Assembly: GCF_006345805.1 (NCBI RefSeq) | Contig: NW_021833783.1 | Span: forward strand, 863 to 64,862 | From: Octopus sinensis | Taxonomy: Eukaryota | Direction of reading: 5' to 3' | DNA length: 64,000 nt | Shown: positions 24,749-36,989 of the stretch, piece by piece | How the letters are laid out: every line of letters begins with the position of its first letter | Position numbering within the stretch: the first letter of the stretch is position 1 | Program-made: the position numbers and the translations under genes | The notes under the pieces: generated by a model | Databases searched by the model: none | What the model saw: only the letters and a program-made list of their open reading frames with translations | What the model was told of the DNA's origin: nothing

Positions 24749-25993
24749 TATAATATCGACTACTTCCATTTCTTGATTTGGTGTCTGAAATAGAAACTGT
24801 TATTAACTGGCCGAATCAAAAGAACGTCATCTCCAAAAATGCTTTGCGCTATTTGATCCTACACATTACATCCAAAGTTCAAGTTTTCGTTTCATCTTTT
24901 CGGAGTCGAAGCAATAAAGTAACACTAAGTTACTTGTTATTAAATGAACCCTTCCCTTGCATATTACTGGCCTGTGCTTCAGTTAGAAATCATTGTTAGT
25001 TACAGCCTAAGCTCAAATCCTGACGCGGTCAACTTTGCCTTACTTCCAAGAAGAGTATGATAAGTAGTCGATGGAATTGTCTAATTTCTCTCCAGAAATA
25101 TTTGGTCATGCGCTCATGTTTTAAATAATTGTTGTTGTTCATAGTGAGGGTGGTCTATTTACAGAATTGTTAGAACGTGTGACAACGTGCATTGCAGTAA
25201 TTCAGTTCAAATGCTGTCGTGGTCAACTTTGCCTTTCGTTTTCCTGAAGCCAATAGAATGACACCAGTCAGATTACTGGGCTGGTGTAAATTGAATGCTA
25301 CCATCCATTTTTTACTTTGTGCCTATGTTAAGAACAGTTATCACTGGCGTGCTATTTTACTATTTGCGGCTGCTCTTTCTGTAACCGTCCGTGTTGCTAT
25401 TGATATCGTTGTTGTTCTCTGACCTTTTAGTCCTATGATCAAAAACATATTCCGCACCTGACCATCCCATGGTAGCTAGTTTTTAGATGCAGTGTAGCTA
25501 GAATCATATAGTCCATCTCGAAACAACCCCCGCCCCCCGTTAGAGTGTGATTTGAATAAAATATGGCTATTATTTCCACCAACTGGAATGACCACATAGA
25601 GGCTCTTTGTTATTACTACTGTTGCTGTTACTACTTAAGCAAATTTCTGCTGCACTCATTGCAGATGAACTACCACCTCTACTGCTGCTGCTGCTGCTAC
25701 TGCTACTGCCACTTCTACTGTTGCTGCCATTATTGAAGTGGAGGAAGAATGGATCAAAGATAAGAACTAATTAATTATTTATATAAAGATAGCTTTATTA
25801 ACTCTGCTACAGCAAACCGTGGTCATAAAACATCAGAAGGAGCAACAGCAGCAGCAGCAGCACGTGAAATATCGTTAGCAAAGACAGTAACAGCTGCTGC
25901 GGTAACAGCAAGCGGTATAACAGCAGTAGCAATAGCTGCATCAACAAGAGAACAGTGTACGGGTGGTGAGCTAATGTCTGTAGAGCAAGTGGT

Positions 25994-26366
25994 GTGGAGG
26001 CGCAATGGCCCAGTGATTAGGGCAGCGGACTCGCGGTCATAAGATCGCGGTTTCGATTCCCAGACCGGGCGTTGTGAGTGTTTATTGAGCGAAAACACCT
26101 AAAAGCTCCACGAGGCTCCGGCAGGGGATGGTGGTGATCCCTGCTGTACTCTTTCACCACAACTTTCTCTCACTCTTACTTCCTGTTTCTGTTGTAGCCG
26201 ACCTTGTCACTCTCTGTGCTACGCTGAATATCCCCGAGAACTAAGTTAAGGGTACACGTGTCTGTGGAGTGCTCAGCCACTTACACGTTAATTTCACGAG
26301 CAGGCTGTTCCGTTGATTCGGATCAACCGGAACCCTCGTCGTCGTAACCGACGGAGTGCTTCCCCC
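25994..26366 (+). mobile_element. SINE family C with tail T1 and 12-bp TSD
   Basis: TSD agagcaagtggt at 25982-25993 and 26367-26378; A-box/B-box-like head. Confidence 0.93.
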
Positions 26367-27488
26367 AGAGCAAGTGGTAGGCAGCCCGGTAAACTGGGAC
26401 CACACAACACGGTTTCAGTCCTAAGCAGTAACCATTTCATTTCACTTTTCACCGTTAATGTCATTAAAGAAAACAATGAACGACTCAGCATCACATATTC
26501 TATATCTTAGCATCATGTAGCGAACTGAACTCACGACTTGAGATTGGGATTTTTGATTGATTCAATTTTTACCTACATTAATGAAGTCTTTTAGAATCGG
26601 CCGACTTCACAATGCCATAAGTTCAGGGCCAGTGCTTTGTCAAATGCAACTCAATAGCTGTAGTATTAGTACGATTAGTGGTGGTATTAGTGTAGTTGTT
26701 TAGTATCAGGTCACCCTTGGTTGTTGTGCTGGTCTATCTCGTACCAGTTGCATATCTAAAACTACACTGTCCGAAAATTCCTTATATCTTCGTTTCTTTT
26801 TTACATTTTTATGACTATAGGATATGATTTCAGGGATTTGGGATCTGCAGCGTAAAGGCTCTCTCGTTGATTCGTGAGTCACACTGGAAAGCTGATGAAG
26901 AGTAAAAAGTAAGCTCTGGGGAATTACGATGAAGAGTAAAAAGTCAGCTCAAGCGAACTGTGACTTCAATTCCTAATTGAATCCATTTCACTTCATTTAC
27001 ACCCTTAATGTTTTCATGAAAATCACACTCCAATAGTTTCTAAACGAAAGCTCCTGAAAAAATTGTAATTCACTGTCAGGTTTAAAGTCATTTTGATAAG
27101 TGCTGTGCACGAAACTTTCGTCCCTTGAGTCATATTTGTAACTTTCTATCAATCAAAAATAATAAAAGGCATTGTTGATGTCTTAAGAATTATTAAACTT
27201 TCGAGAGAACGTGAAATAATTCTTTCTTTCGAACAGTGCAATCTTTCGAATTTCACTGTTCATTTTAGAAACTTGATTCCTCCCAGCGATAATTGTATGT
27301 TGTTAACGTCATAAGAATTTATATATCATATATGTTTAAGCAGCAAATCTCGAAGCAGATACAGGTATAAATAACAGCTCATAAATACTGGGTAGAAAAA
27401 CCTTTTAAAACAGAAAAAGTCGATACTATTATGCATAAATTTTACCTGCTTCGAGAACCAGTATTCCAAAAAATAAGAGGTTCGTATG

Positions 27489-27524
<36 letters not shown>

Positions 27525-27532
<8 letters not shown>

Positions 27533-27845
27533 ATATTTCGGAATGGTCATTTTGCCAGTTTAGCCAATAAAAACACACGCACTATATATTTGGTGTTACT
27601 TTGCTTCAGTGTTATTTATTTTTACAAAATGGCTGACGGTTAGTAAGGAGAGACACAAATAAGTGAGAGGAAAACAAAGGACCACTGATGCGGTCACAGG
27701 AGTGTGACGAAAGAACTCTGGCCGAAATAAGATTAAGATTAATGTAAAAAATAAATAACACTGAAGCAAAGTAACACCAAATATATAGTGCGTGTGTTTT
27801 TATTGGCTAAACTGGCAAAATGACCATTCCTAAATACAACAATAT
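27525..27845. repeat. 102/103-bp inverted repeat with 116-bp spacer
   Basis: Arms 27525-27626 and 27743-27845 differ by 2 substitutions and 1 indel by my alignment. Confidence 0.93.
27682..27721 (+). ncRNA. Minimal type-I hammerhead-like motif (one core mutation)
   Basis: cca CTGATGC g GTCAC aggagt GTGAC GAAA gaac TC tgg: stem I cca/tgg, 5-bp stem II, GAAA, near-palindromic AGAACTCT. Confidence 0.55.
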
Positions 27846-27899
27846 CTGTTTCAACACACGACTTCACATAAAAAATCTTGCACAACAAATATTTAAACG

Positions 27900-27944
<45 letters not shown>

Positions 27945-28136
27945 GTATATATACCACAAACACACACTCACACACGCACGCACACATTCACACACACATA
28001 TACTGATCATCTTTACACTCTCCTCTCCTAAAAATCCAACTGCCGAATCTCTTTCTATTTCCGGTCACTTCAGCAATGTAGCTACATCTGTGCCGTTGGC
28101 GATTTCTTTTCAATCTTTGGACTTTTCCCTTTCCCC

Positions 28137-28169
28137 TTTCCGACGAAGGGCTATGCTCGAAGCGTCAAA
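28137..28169 (+). ncRNA. Degenerate minimal type-I hammerhead-like motif
   Basis: ttt CCGACGA a GGGC tat GCTC GAAG CG TC aaa; same layout as the motif at 42120-42155. Confidence 0.5.
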
Positions 28170-28318
28170 CTCCCTCCTTCCACCGAGCGCCAACTTAATA
28201 CATGTCTTGTGCGTGACGTCACGTTCAATTTTTTCTTTTTCGTTTTTTCCGTTTTTTTATTTTTGATTTCTTTTCGCTGTTTTATTTGGGTTTTTTTAAC
28301 TGTTTGCTTATTTAAATT

Positions 28319-28382
<64 letters not shown>

Positions 28383-28903
28383 TATGTATTGTCCCTCTAC
28401 TTCTACTTCTCTCTCTTCTCTTCCCACGTGACCGGCGTTCGGCCAAGTCTGTTCTTTCTTGGTCTGGCCGTTGTTGGTGCAACATCGATATTCCTCCCTG
28501 TGTTTGTGTAATTTTGTATCCCCCACACGCCAGCTTAATTTAATTCGTCCTTAGTCGAAAGACACTTGTTGTTATGTCTTGTTGGTTGTTATTTTCATTG
28601 TATTTGTGTAACCTTGTCCGTTATTTTCTGTCCTTGATTTTGTATACCTTTGCTGCTTCTTTCCAGGGAATCTAATGCTCATAGCTTAGGTTTTCCTTGG
28701 GGCTGGCCAGATTGGAGCAATCTCAAGTATAATCAGCCGAAATTGTGAAGATAATCTGATACTTGACTGAGGAAAGAAAACTTCGAATGACACGTCCTTA
28801 TTTTCTTAGTATCGTCTATCTGGATATTTTGTTGTCCCATTTTTGTATCACCTAACTGTCCAGATGTTTTGCGTTCTTGTCCCATTTTGTATTATATATA
28901 TAT

Positions 28904-29160
28904 ACTAGCAGTATTGCCCGGCGTTGCGGTTTGTTTAGGCCCTTTAGAATTGGAATTTTTGAAAAGTAAAAATTTGGCAGTATGTAGCTTGTTATTCTCT
29001 TTAAGTGAAATACACCAATAAATGGCGACACAGCAGTCAAAACATCGTAAAAAATAGGGATTTTCATAGAAAAAAGGCACCTTTTTGATGTAAATAATTT
29101 TTGGTGTTAACATGGTCCGATTTGAAGTTTTTATTCTTTGCCGAATTTCCACAATGTTTA
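28904..29160 (-). mobile_element. Non-autonomous Helitron-type element, 3' end
   Basis: Plus strand ACTAGCAGTATTGCCCGGCGTTGC is the reverse of a GC-rich hairpin remnant followed by CTAG-T, the usual Helitron 3' terminus. Confidence 0.55.
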
Positions 29161-30255
29161 CAGCGATTCGTTTTTATATTTTTATTTTTTTATTTTTCAT
29201 GCAATTTACGCATGCTTACATGCGTGGTGAACACAGTTCACGTCTAACAGCTGACTGTGTAAAGTTCACTATTCAATGCAAGGCATAAGGCCTAAACAAA
29301 CACATTATCGATTTTTGCACTTTCGAGATGAATTTCGGAACAGAAATACACTACTGGTCCCTGTTATGCCAGTAGTGTATTGATGTATAAACGACAATCT
29401 ATGGGATTTAAGAACTCAATTAAATACACATCGAAGATCTCCAATACCATATTACAATGCAGAAAATTCTGGTTAGATAAACTTGCATGTATATACAGAA
29501 TCGTCCAAGACAATAGTTGAGAATGAAAAGCAGGAAAGCATAAATATCATATTGAATAATATAGTTAATTATATAAACTCGTTTAATTACAGATGATCAT
29601 AGTAGGAATGCCTTAGATGATAGATTTATTCCATCAAGTTTGACTTGGAATGAAATAACAACAGCAATAACTTATCACTTACCGAGCCAGCCTTTAAGCG
29701 ATAGTACAACCTGCTGAAGCTCGTAACCAAATTTCTCTCAAATCACGCAGCACAGTTTGAACTAGTAGGACAAGTACTTAGGAAATGTCGTCCTTCGAGA
29801 CACATATATAAGACATAATGGTTACGGCTAGAATGCTTTCGATCATAAACCAGAGGTCCCTTGGGGATAAACAACAACACCAGCAATAGTCCTTTCATTA
29901 AGACGTTGGGTAATGGGTCTTGTCCAAGTCATTAGCACTGAGCAACTGTTCATTAATCCATTTAATAATGAACAATCAAGTATCGGGAACAAGCGTTCGG
30001 AACGTGGTAGCTCAATTTCCTAGAAACAGAAAGCAGACCAAACTCGTATATCATACCCGACAGTCTTAAGAAAGGGAAGGCATACAAACTACACCTAGGT
30101 ACTAAAAAACAACCGGAGTATTACAGATCATATGGAAGACAATTTCAAGACTTTAACAATTAATTATATAAAGAAATATATAAAGAGATGCGGTAGTCTC
30201 AGATCATGAAATACTTAAATTTTTGCCTAGGCAAAAATCTAATCTTTATTGCAAA

Positions 30256-30448
30256 ATAATAATAATAATAAGAATAATAATAATAATATAAAAAATAATA
30301 ATAATAATAATAATAATAATAAGAATTGAGAAGAAGAGAAGAAGAAGAAGAAGAAGAAAGAAGAAGAAGAAGAAAGATAGAAGAAGAAGAAGAAGAAGAA
30401 GAAGAAGAAGAAGAAGAAGAAGAAGAAGAAGAAGAAGAAGAAGAAGAA
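30256..30448. repeat. (AAT)n then (GAA)n microsatellites
   Basis: Direct reading. Confidence 0.95.
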
Positions 30449-30908
30449 TGATAAAATTCAGGTTTTGCTAGATGTTTTCAAAGAAGTTGGGGTTGTGTCC
30501 CAGAATGGCCGCAGACCGATGACTGAAACACGTAACAGATAAATGATAAAAGAATACAAACTGCTTAATTGCTAATTTCTTAATTTCTTGCAATCAGTGG
30601 CCTTTTGTAGGATAAACTGAGACAGTTGTTACTCGATTTTTGCTTCGTTCCTCAAATAAGAAGCAAATTTCAATTTATGGAGATAATACTTCGAGCACGC
30701 TCTTCAGTATGTCGCTGCCAACATGGATTATATAAATTCATGCCATTGGTCAAAGTATGTTATTCCGCTTATATTATGTGTGCGCATATGTGTGTGTGTG
30801 AGACAGTCTGTGAGAGTGTGTTTGTGTGTGTAGGTGCCACACACTCTATGCACAAGCACACAAACACACATATGTCTGACTGCCACCACACACACACATA
30901 TGTCTGAC

Positions 30909-31136
30909 GGCGAGCTGGCAGAAACGTTAGCACGCCGGGCGAAATGCGTAGCCGTATTTCGTCTGTCGTTACGTTCTGAGTTCAAATTCCGCTGAGGTCG
31001 ACTTTGCCTTTCATCCTTTCGGGGTCGATAAATTAAGTACCAGTTTCCAACTGGAGTCGATGTAATCGACTTAATTCCTTTGTCTGTCCTTGTTTGTCCC
31101 CTTCTATATTTAGCCCCTTGTGGGCAGTAAAGAAAT
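30909..31136 (+). mobile_element. SINE family B with about 13-bp TSD
   Basis: TSD acatatgtctgac at 30896-30908 and 31137-31149. Confidence 0.93.
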
Positions 31137-31387
31137 ACATATGTCTGACTGCCACACACACACACATACATATGCCTGACGCAAACAAGCTTCAAAAATG
31201 ACACAAGAACACGCATGCACACATGCTACTCGCACAAACTATACACGCGCACATTAGCTGCTATATACATACATTTGCGTGCGTGCACATACCAAAAAAA
31301 CAGACACATCTGATAGCCTCAAACACATACTTTACGCAGCCTCACACACTCCTACAGATATACAAACGCCCACAAACATCCACATAT

Positions 31388-31621
31388 TTATTTCTTTACT
31401 ACCCACAAGGGGCTAGACACAGAGGGGAAAAACAAGGACAGACAAACGGATTAAGTCGATTCCATCGACCCCAGTGAGTAACTGGTACTTTATTTATCGA
31501 CCCCGAAAGGATGAAAGGCAAAGTCAACCTAGGCGGAATTTGAACTCAGAACGTAACGGCAGACGAAATACGGCTACGCATTTCGCCCGGCGTGCTAACG
31601 TTTCTGCCAGCTCGCCGCCTT
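31388..31621 (-). mobile_element. SINE family B with 15-bp TSD
   Basis: TSD caaacatccacatat at 31373-31387 and 31622-31636. Confidence 0.94.
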
Positions 31622-32072
31622 CAAACATCCACATATAAATACACGTACCACACACATACACCGTTCTACACACGTGCACGTACTTGTTTACTCACACACT
31701 CGCGCGCGTATGCACAAGCACACGCGCATACATACACCGGCTCAGATAATCTTCATACTCAGATACATACTCGCTCACATTCACATACGCACGCGCACAC
31801 TCATACGCACATATACACATGCACACATTTCCCTCACTTACACATCCTTGAGCACACACTTTAGCCAAGTTACTGTTGCTTCTTTTGCTATCAACAACTT
31901 CCTTGCTTCCGGTCAATTTAACATATCAAACCATTAATCCAGATAAGTTTATTTCTCTCTTGCTTGTATTTCTACCCTCTTTCTTTTTTTCCCTCTCATT
32001 CCTTTCTGTAGAAGAGCGTCAGGTTGAAAGAGCGTCAGGTCCAAACTCTTCCAAATTTTCTGTGTCAAAGAA

Positions 32073-32475
32073 AGTGGCTGTGTGGTAAGTAGCTTGCTAA
32101 CCAACCACATGGTTCCGGGTTCAGTCCCACTGCGTGGCATCTTGGGCAAGTGTCTTCTGCTATAGCCCCGGGCCGACCAATGCCTTGTGAGTGGATTTGG
32201 TAGACGAAAGAAACTGAAAGAAGCCTGTCGTATATATGTATATATATATATGTATGTGTGTGTGTGTTTGTGTGTCCCCCTAGCATTGCTTGACAACCGA
32301 TGCTGGTGTGTTTACGTCCTCGTCACTTAGCGGTTCGGCAAAAGAGACCGATAGAATAAGTACTGGGCTTACAAAGATAAGTCCCGGGGTCGATTTGCTC
32401 GACTAAAGGCGGTGCTCCAGCATGGCCGCAGTCAAATGACTGAAACAAGTAAAAGAGTAAAAGAGTAAAGAGTAA
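32073..32475 (+). mobile_element. SINE family A
   Basis: agtggctgtgtggtaagtagc...gtaaaagagtaaaagagtaaagag. Confidence 0.93.
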
Positions 32476-32789
32476 ACTAATACACTTTGTTGTTTCTCCA
32501 CCTGTTTCTGTCATCTAATTTGAGGTTGTGAGAGGTAATGGTGTCAGTAAGACCCAAAGGTGTCAGGTAATGCTGAGTAAGTGCTTTGGATAGACTATAG
32601 TTAAGCTACTGGTTCGGTGATTATGCGAATAAGGAGTCCAACGTATATATGAGTCCAGCATGTGTATATATGAAATTCTTTTTTCAGAATGAGATAAAAA
32701 TACCAAGGCTATGAAGATTTTATAACATTTATAAATGTTCTAAAATCTTCACAGCCTTGCTTTTTTTATGTCATTCTGAAAAAAGAAGT

Positions 32790-32791
32790 TC

Positions 32792-32824
<33 letters not shown>

Positions 32825-32888
32825 TGTATGTATGTATGTATGTATACATACATATACATACATACATACAGATGGATAGGTAGATAGA

Positions 32889-32971
<83 letters not shown>

Positions 32972-32989
32972 GCAGATAGATAGGTAGGG

Positions 32990-33054
<65 letters not shown>

Positions 33055-33055
33055 A

Positions 33056-33118
<63 letters not shown>
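32790..33118. repeat. (TATG)n and (TAGA)n microsatellites
   Basis: Direct reading; IYLS ORFs are artefacts. Confidence 0.95.
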
Positions 33119-33197
33119 TGGATTCTTGCATTATGCAAGTAACGTGTTGCCTAAAATTCCTCATAGCGTGATTTTTTAAATAATAATAATAATAATT

Positions 33198-33877
33198 CTC
33201 GCCTGGCAGTGCTACAGAGGGGCGCTGCCTGTTCGAGATAAACTCTATCGGCACGGAAGTACCATCAGCCGGGCCTGCCCGAGGTGCGTCCGCGACGAAA
33301 CCGTTCTGCACGCACTCGTGCAGTACCCAAGTATTGCTGACCTGTGGGTTTATGTCGAACAGCTACTGTCGCGTATAGGACGGATCCGGCTATCAGCTGA
33401 ATCCATAGTGAAGATTGCCCCGCCGACCTCCTTCAACCGGGAGGACAAGGCAATTTTCCTCTGTCTAGTGGCTGTAGCGAAAAAGGTGGGATGGTGGACA
33501 CGTTTGAAAGGGCTAAAATCAGACACTTTCCTCTTTGGCCAAGATCTCATCATTGAAAGGTGGGTGAATGTCGGAAGAATGGCCAGTGTGAACGGACCAA
33601 TTCTGAGGATACACCTATAAAAGGGTGTTATAAAAGGAGAAAGGGGCTCTCTACCCCCCTTTTTCACCAGGCTCCCGTGGCTTTTATGGGTTTTTCCAGG
33701 AGTAACCTTTCGAAGCGCCTCCCCCTATTTGGAGTTTGTACTTGTTATATTTTCGTTATCTTGCATTTTTACATGGACTTTTCAAACGGACAAAACTCTT
33801 TTTGTAACTTTCGTCTTGTATTTTGTCCTTACATGTTTTATTTGATTTTTGGTAGCCCTTGTGGCCAATAAACGAAT
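33198..33877 (+). mobile_element. 3' end of a Tx1/L1-clade LINE (C-terminal zinc knuckle plus 3' UTR)
   Basis: Frame open 33198-33620: LAWQCYRGALPVRDKL..CPRC..DETVLHALVQY (zf-RVT-like CCHC, last C read as Y); T-rich 3' UTR ends aataaa before (TTA)n. Confidence 0.8.
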
Positions 33878-33883
33878 TAATTA

Positions 33884-33928
<45 letters not shown>

Positions 33929-34206
33929 TATTATTATTATAAATGGCAGAAATTCAAAAGATAGTGCTCGTAGGAACTGCCCATATCCTACGCAAAATAC
34001 TTTCTATGTAATCTCAAGTTGTAAAACAAACACATAATTTTCTTATGTTTTCTTAAACATTCTCTAGAACAACGCTATGTACAAAACCAAATATATGGCA
34101 CCCTAGACATAGCACCAACATGAACTTCCAACTTGTTGTCTCTTGAGGTCTCTGTGTAAGACTTGGAGCCAACTTGTACAAATGTAAAGCAAAAGTCAAA
34201 CATAAG

Positions 34207-34308
34207 AGAAGAAGAAGAAGAAAAAGAAGAAGAAGAAGAAGAAGAAGAAGAAGAAGAAGAAGAAGAAGAAGAAGAAGAAGAAGAAGAAGAAGAAGAAGAA
34301 GAAGAAGA
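34207..34308. repeat. (GAA)n microsatellite
   Basis: Direct reading; poly-R/S/L ORFs. Confidence 0.95.
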
Positions 34309-34720
34309 ATGGTAATAATCGCTTTGCCCACGAACTGGAGATTCAATCTTAGGAATGAGCAAGTGTCTCCGATGTACCGCATCTGCAATAGAGTAGATAA
34401 AACCATTGCCCATATTATGAACGAACGCCTTAGACTTGCCCAAAACCACTTCAAGTTCTCGCGACACGACCAAGTAGCGAAAATGCTTCATTGGAAACTG
34501 TGCGAAAAGTGGGGCCAGAGAGAGGCAAAACATGAAATGATGACAAACCACAGAGATTGGCAGAGTCGAACACTAGCAAAATCTTCAGGGATTTCCCAAT
34601 CCAAACAGATCAGGTGCTAGAGCATAACAGACCGGACCTAGTGCTGGTGGATAAGGTGCACCGCATATGCTATATAGTTGGCGTTGTATGCCCCTCTAAC
34701 CCACGAACAGTCAAGAAGGC
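34309..34720 (+). pseudogene. Non-LTR retrotransposon fragment with restriction-like endonuclease (R4/Dong-like by recall)
   Basis: YRICN..TIAHIM..RHDQVAKMLHWKLC, then after a frameshift DFPIQTDQVLEHNRPDLVLVDK. Confidence 0.8.
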
Positions 34721-35288
34721 CTGGCCCTCTCAAGGTATGGACGACAATTCTTTTTGCTCCGCTCGTCGTTCATAAAAAAATCCGCGTTCGCAATACTTTT
34801 TTTCGTTCGGCGTTAACAGCCCTTCTTATCTTGTTTTTCCTTGTCCTGTCTTTTACTGTTTATAATTTGTACTGTCGTTACTGTCCTGTTTTTGTTACCA
34901 TTTTTTACCCCTCCGCGAAAAGATCTCAGAATTTTAATTGATTTGCTTTTCGCAGGAAGGAAAGTTTCTTGTCGAAGATACGTCTCGCTTTCACCTTCGA
35001 AACGTAGAATAGATGAAACCATAGCGACTGAAGAAGGGTTTTTTTTCTTTGTGTTAATTGTCCTGTACTCTATTTTTTGTTGTTTAAAAATGTCCAGTTC
35101 CTTGGGTTTGTGTCTATGTTTTCGTTTCTCATTGTGTTCGACGTCCTTTTGGTGTCCTGTACTCATATATGCGTGTATATGTACATGTAGAGGTAGGTAC
35201 GTACATATATGTTTATATATATGCATATGTATATTTTATTTATTAATATATATATTATATATATATGTGTGTGTGTGTGTGTGTATAT

Positions 35289-35562
35289 GGAGGCGCAATG
35301 GCCCGGTTGTTAGGGTAGCGGACTCGCGGTTTCGATTCCCAGACCGGGCATTGTGAGTGTTTATTGAGCCAAAACACCTAAAGCTCCATGAGGCTCCGGC
35401 AGGGGATGGTGGCGATCCCTGCTGTACTCTTTCGCCGCAACTTTCTCTTGCTCTTTCTTCTGTTGGCCTGCTCGCTTAGCCAGCGGGGTGGCGTCATTTA
35501 AAGGCTAAAACAAGGCGAAGCGCATTGTGACCAGCGATGTGTAGCAACATCTGATAACCTGG
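35289..35562 (+). mobile_element. SINE family C with tail T2
   Basis: Matches 23248 through head and tail. Confidence 0.88.
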
Positions 35563-35578
35563 AAAAAAAGAAAAAAGA

Positions 35579-35627
<49 letters not shown>

Positions 35628-35640
35628 TACACACATTGTT

Positions 35641-35937
35641 TGTTCCTTCTCGAGCCACGCCTGGCTCATAAGGGCCGGTTTCCCGGTTTCCTTGGCGTAT
35701 AGGTTCCCCACCTGGACGGGACGCCTGTCCGTCGCAGATGAGCTGCAGGATGCAAGAGGAAGGAGTGAGAGAAAGTTGTGGCGAAAGAGTAAGCAGAAGT
35801 TTCGCCAATACCTTCTGCCGGAGCCGAGTGGAGCTTAGGTATTTCGCTCATAAGCACACACATCGCCCGGTCTGAGATTCGAACCCGCGATCCCTCGACC
35901 GCGAGTCCGCTGCTCTAACCACTATGGCCATGTGCCT

Positions 35938-35940
<3 letters not shown>
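35641..35940 (-). mobile_element. SINE family C with tail T3
   Basis: Reverse C head (ccgcgagtccgctgctctaaccactatggccatgtgcctcca); tail ccggtttcccggtttc shared with 45200 and 46917. Confidence 0.85.
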
Positions 35941-35980
<40 letters not shown>

Positions 35981-35987
35981 GATATAT

Positions 35988-36019
<32 letters not shown>

Positions 36020-36713
36020 GTACACATACACACACCTCTATGCAAGTATATATATATATGTGTGCGTATGTGTATATATGTGTGCCTGTGTGTATGTGGG
36101 TGTGTTGTTTTTGTATTTGTACACTACCACAGCTTAACAACTGGCGTTTGTTTATTTACATCCCGTTACTTTGGGGTCCCACAAAAGAGTACAATGGAAT
36201 AAATCTCAGGCTTATGAAAAAATTAGTACTGGTGTTGATTTGTTCAACTAAACACTTCCAGCGGGGGGATGTGCGGGGGGAGCATGGCAGCAATCCAATG
36301 GTTAAAACAAGTAAATGATAAACGATCTTAGAGAGACAACACATATATGTGTGTGTATACATAGATATGTATACATACATACATACACACATAGAGATAT
36401 ATACTCACACACATGCACACACACATATATATGCCACATAAACAAGCACTTACACTTAAACGGCATGTAAGGAAAATTGGCTTCAGCTCTGTTGCTCTGT
36501 TGCTGTAATATAAATAGCCAAGTTCACCTGGTGGTCAATTGTTTCAGGTCCATCAATCATTTCTCCACCGAGAAAAACATTTCTTACCATATTTTGTCGA
36601 ATATGTAATTGACCATTAATAAATAATAAATAGGAGCTCGATTGTATTTTATTACATAGTATGAGATTTTTTTTCGTTCTACATCACGCCATAACTGATT
36701 ATTATACACACAC

Positions 36714-36744
<31 letters not shown>

Positions 36745-36918
36745 TGTATGTATGTATGTATGTATGTATGTATGTATGTATCAATCTATCTGTCTGTCGG
36801 TCTTCCTAGCTACATATCTATCTGTGTGTCTGTGTGTCTGTCTCTCTTTCTTTCTTTCTCAAACTCATTCTCTCTGTGTATATGTTTATATATGTGTATA
36901 TATATATAGTAGTGGTAA

Positions 36919-36950
<32 letters not shown>

Positions 36951-36951
36951 T

Positions 36952-36989
<38 letters not shown>

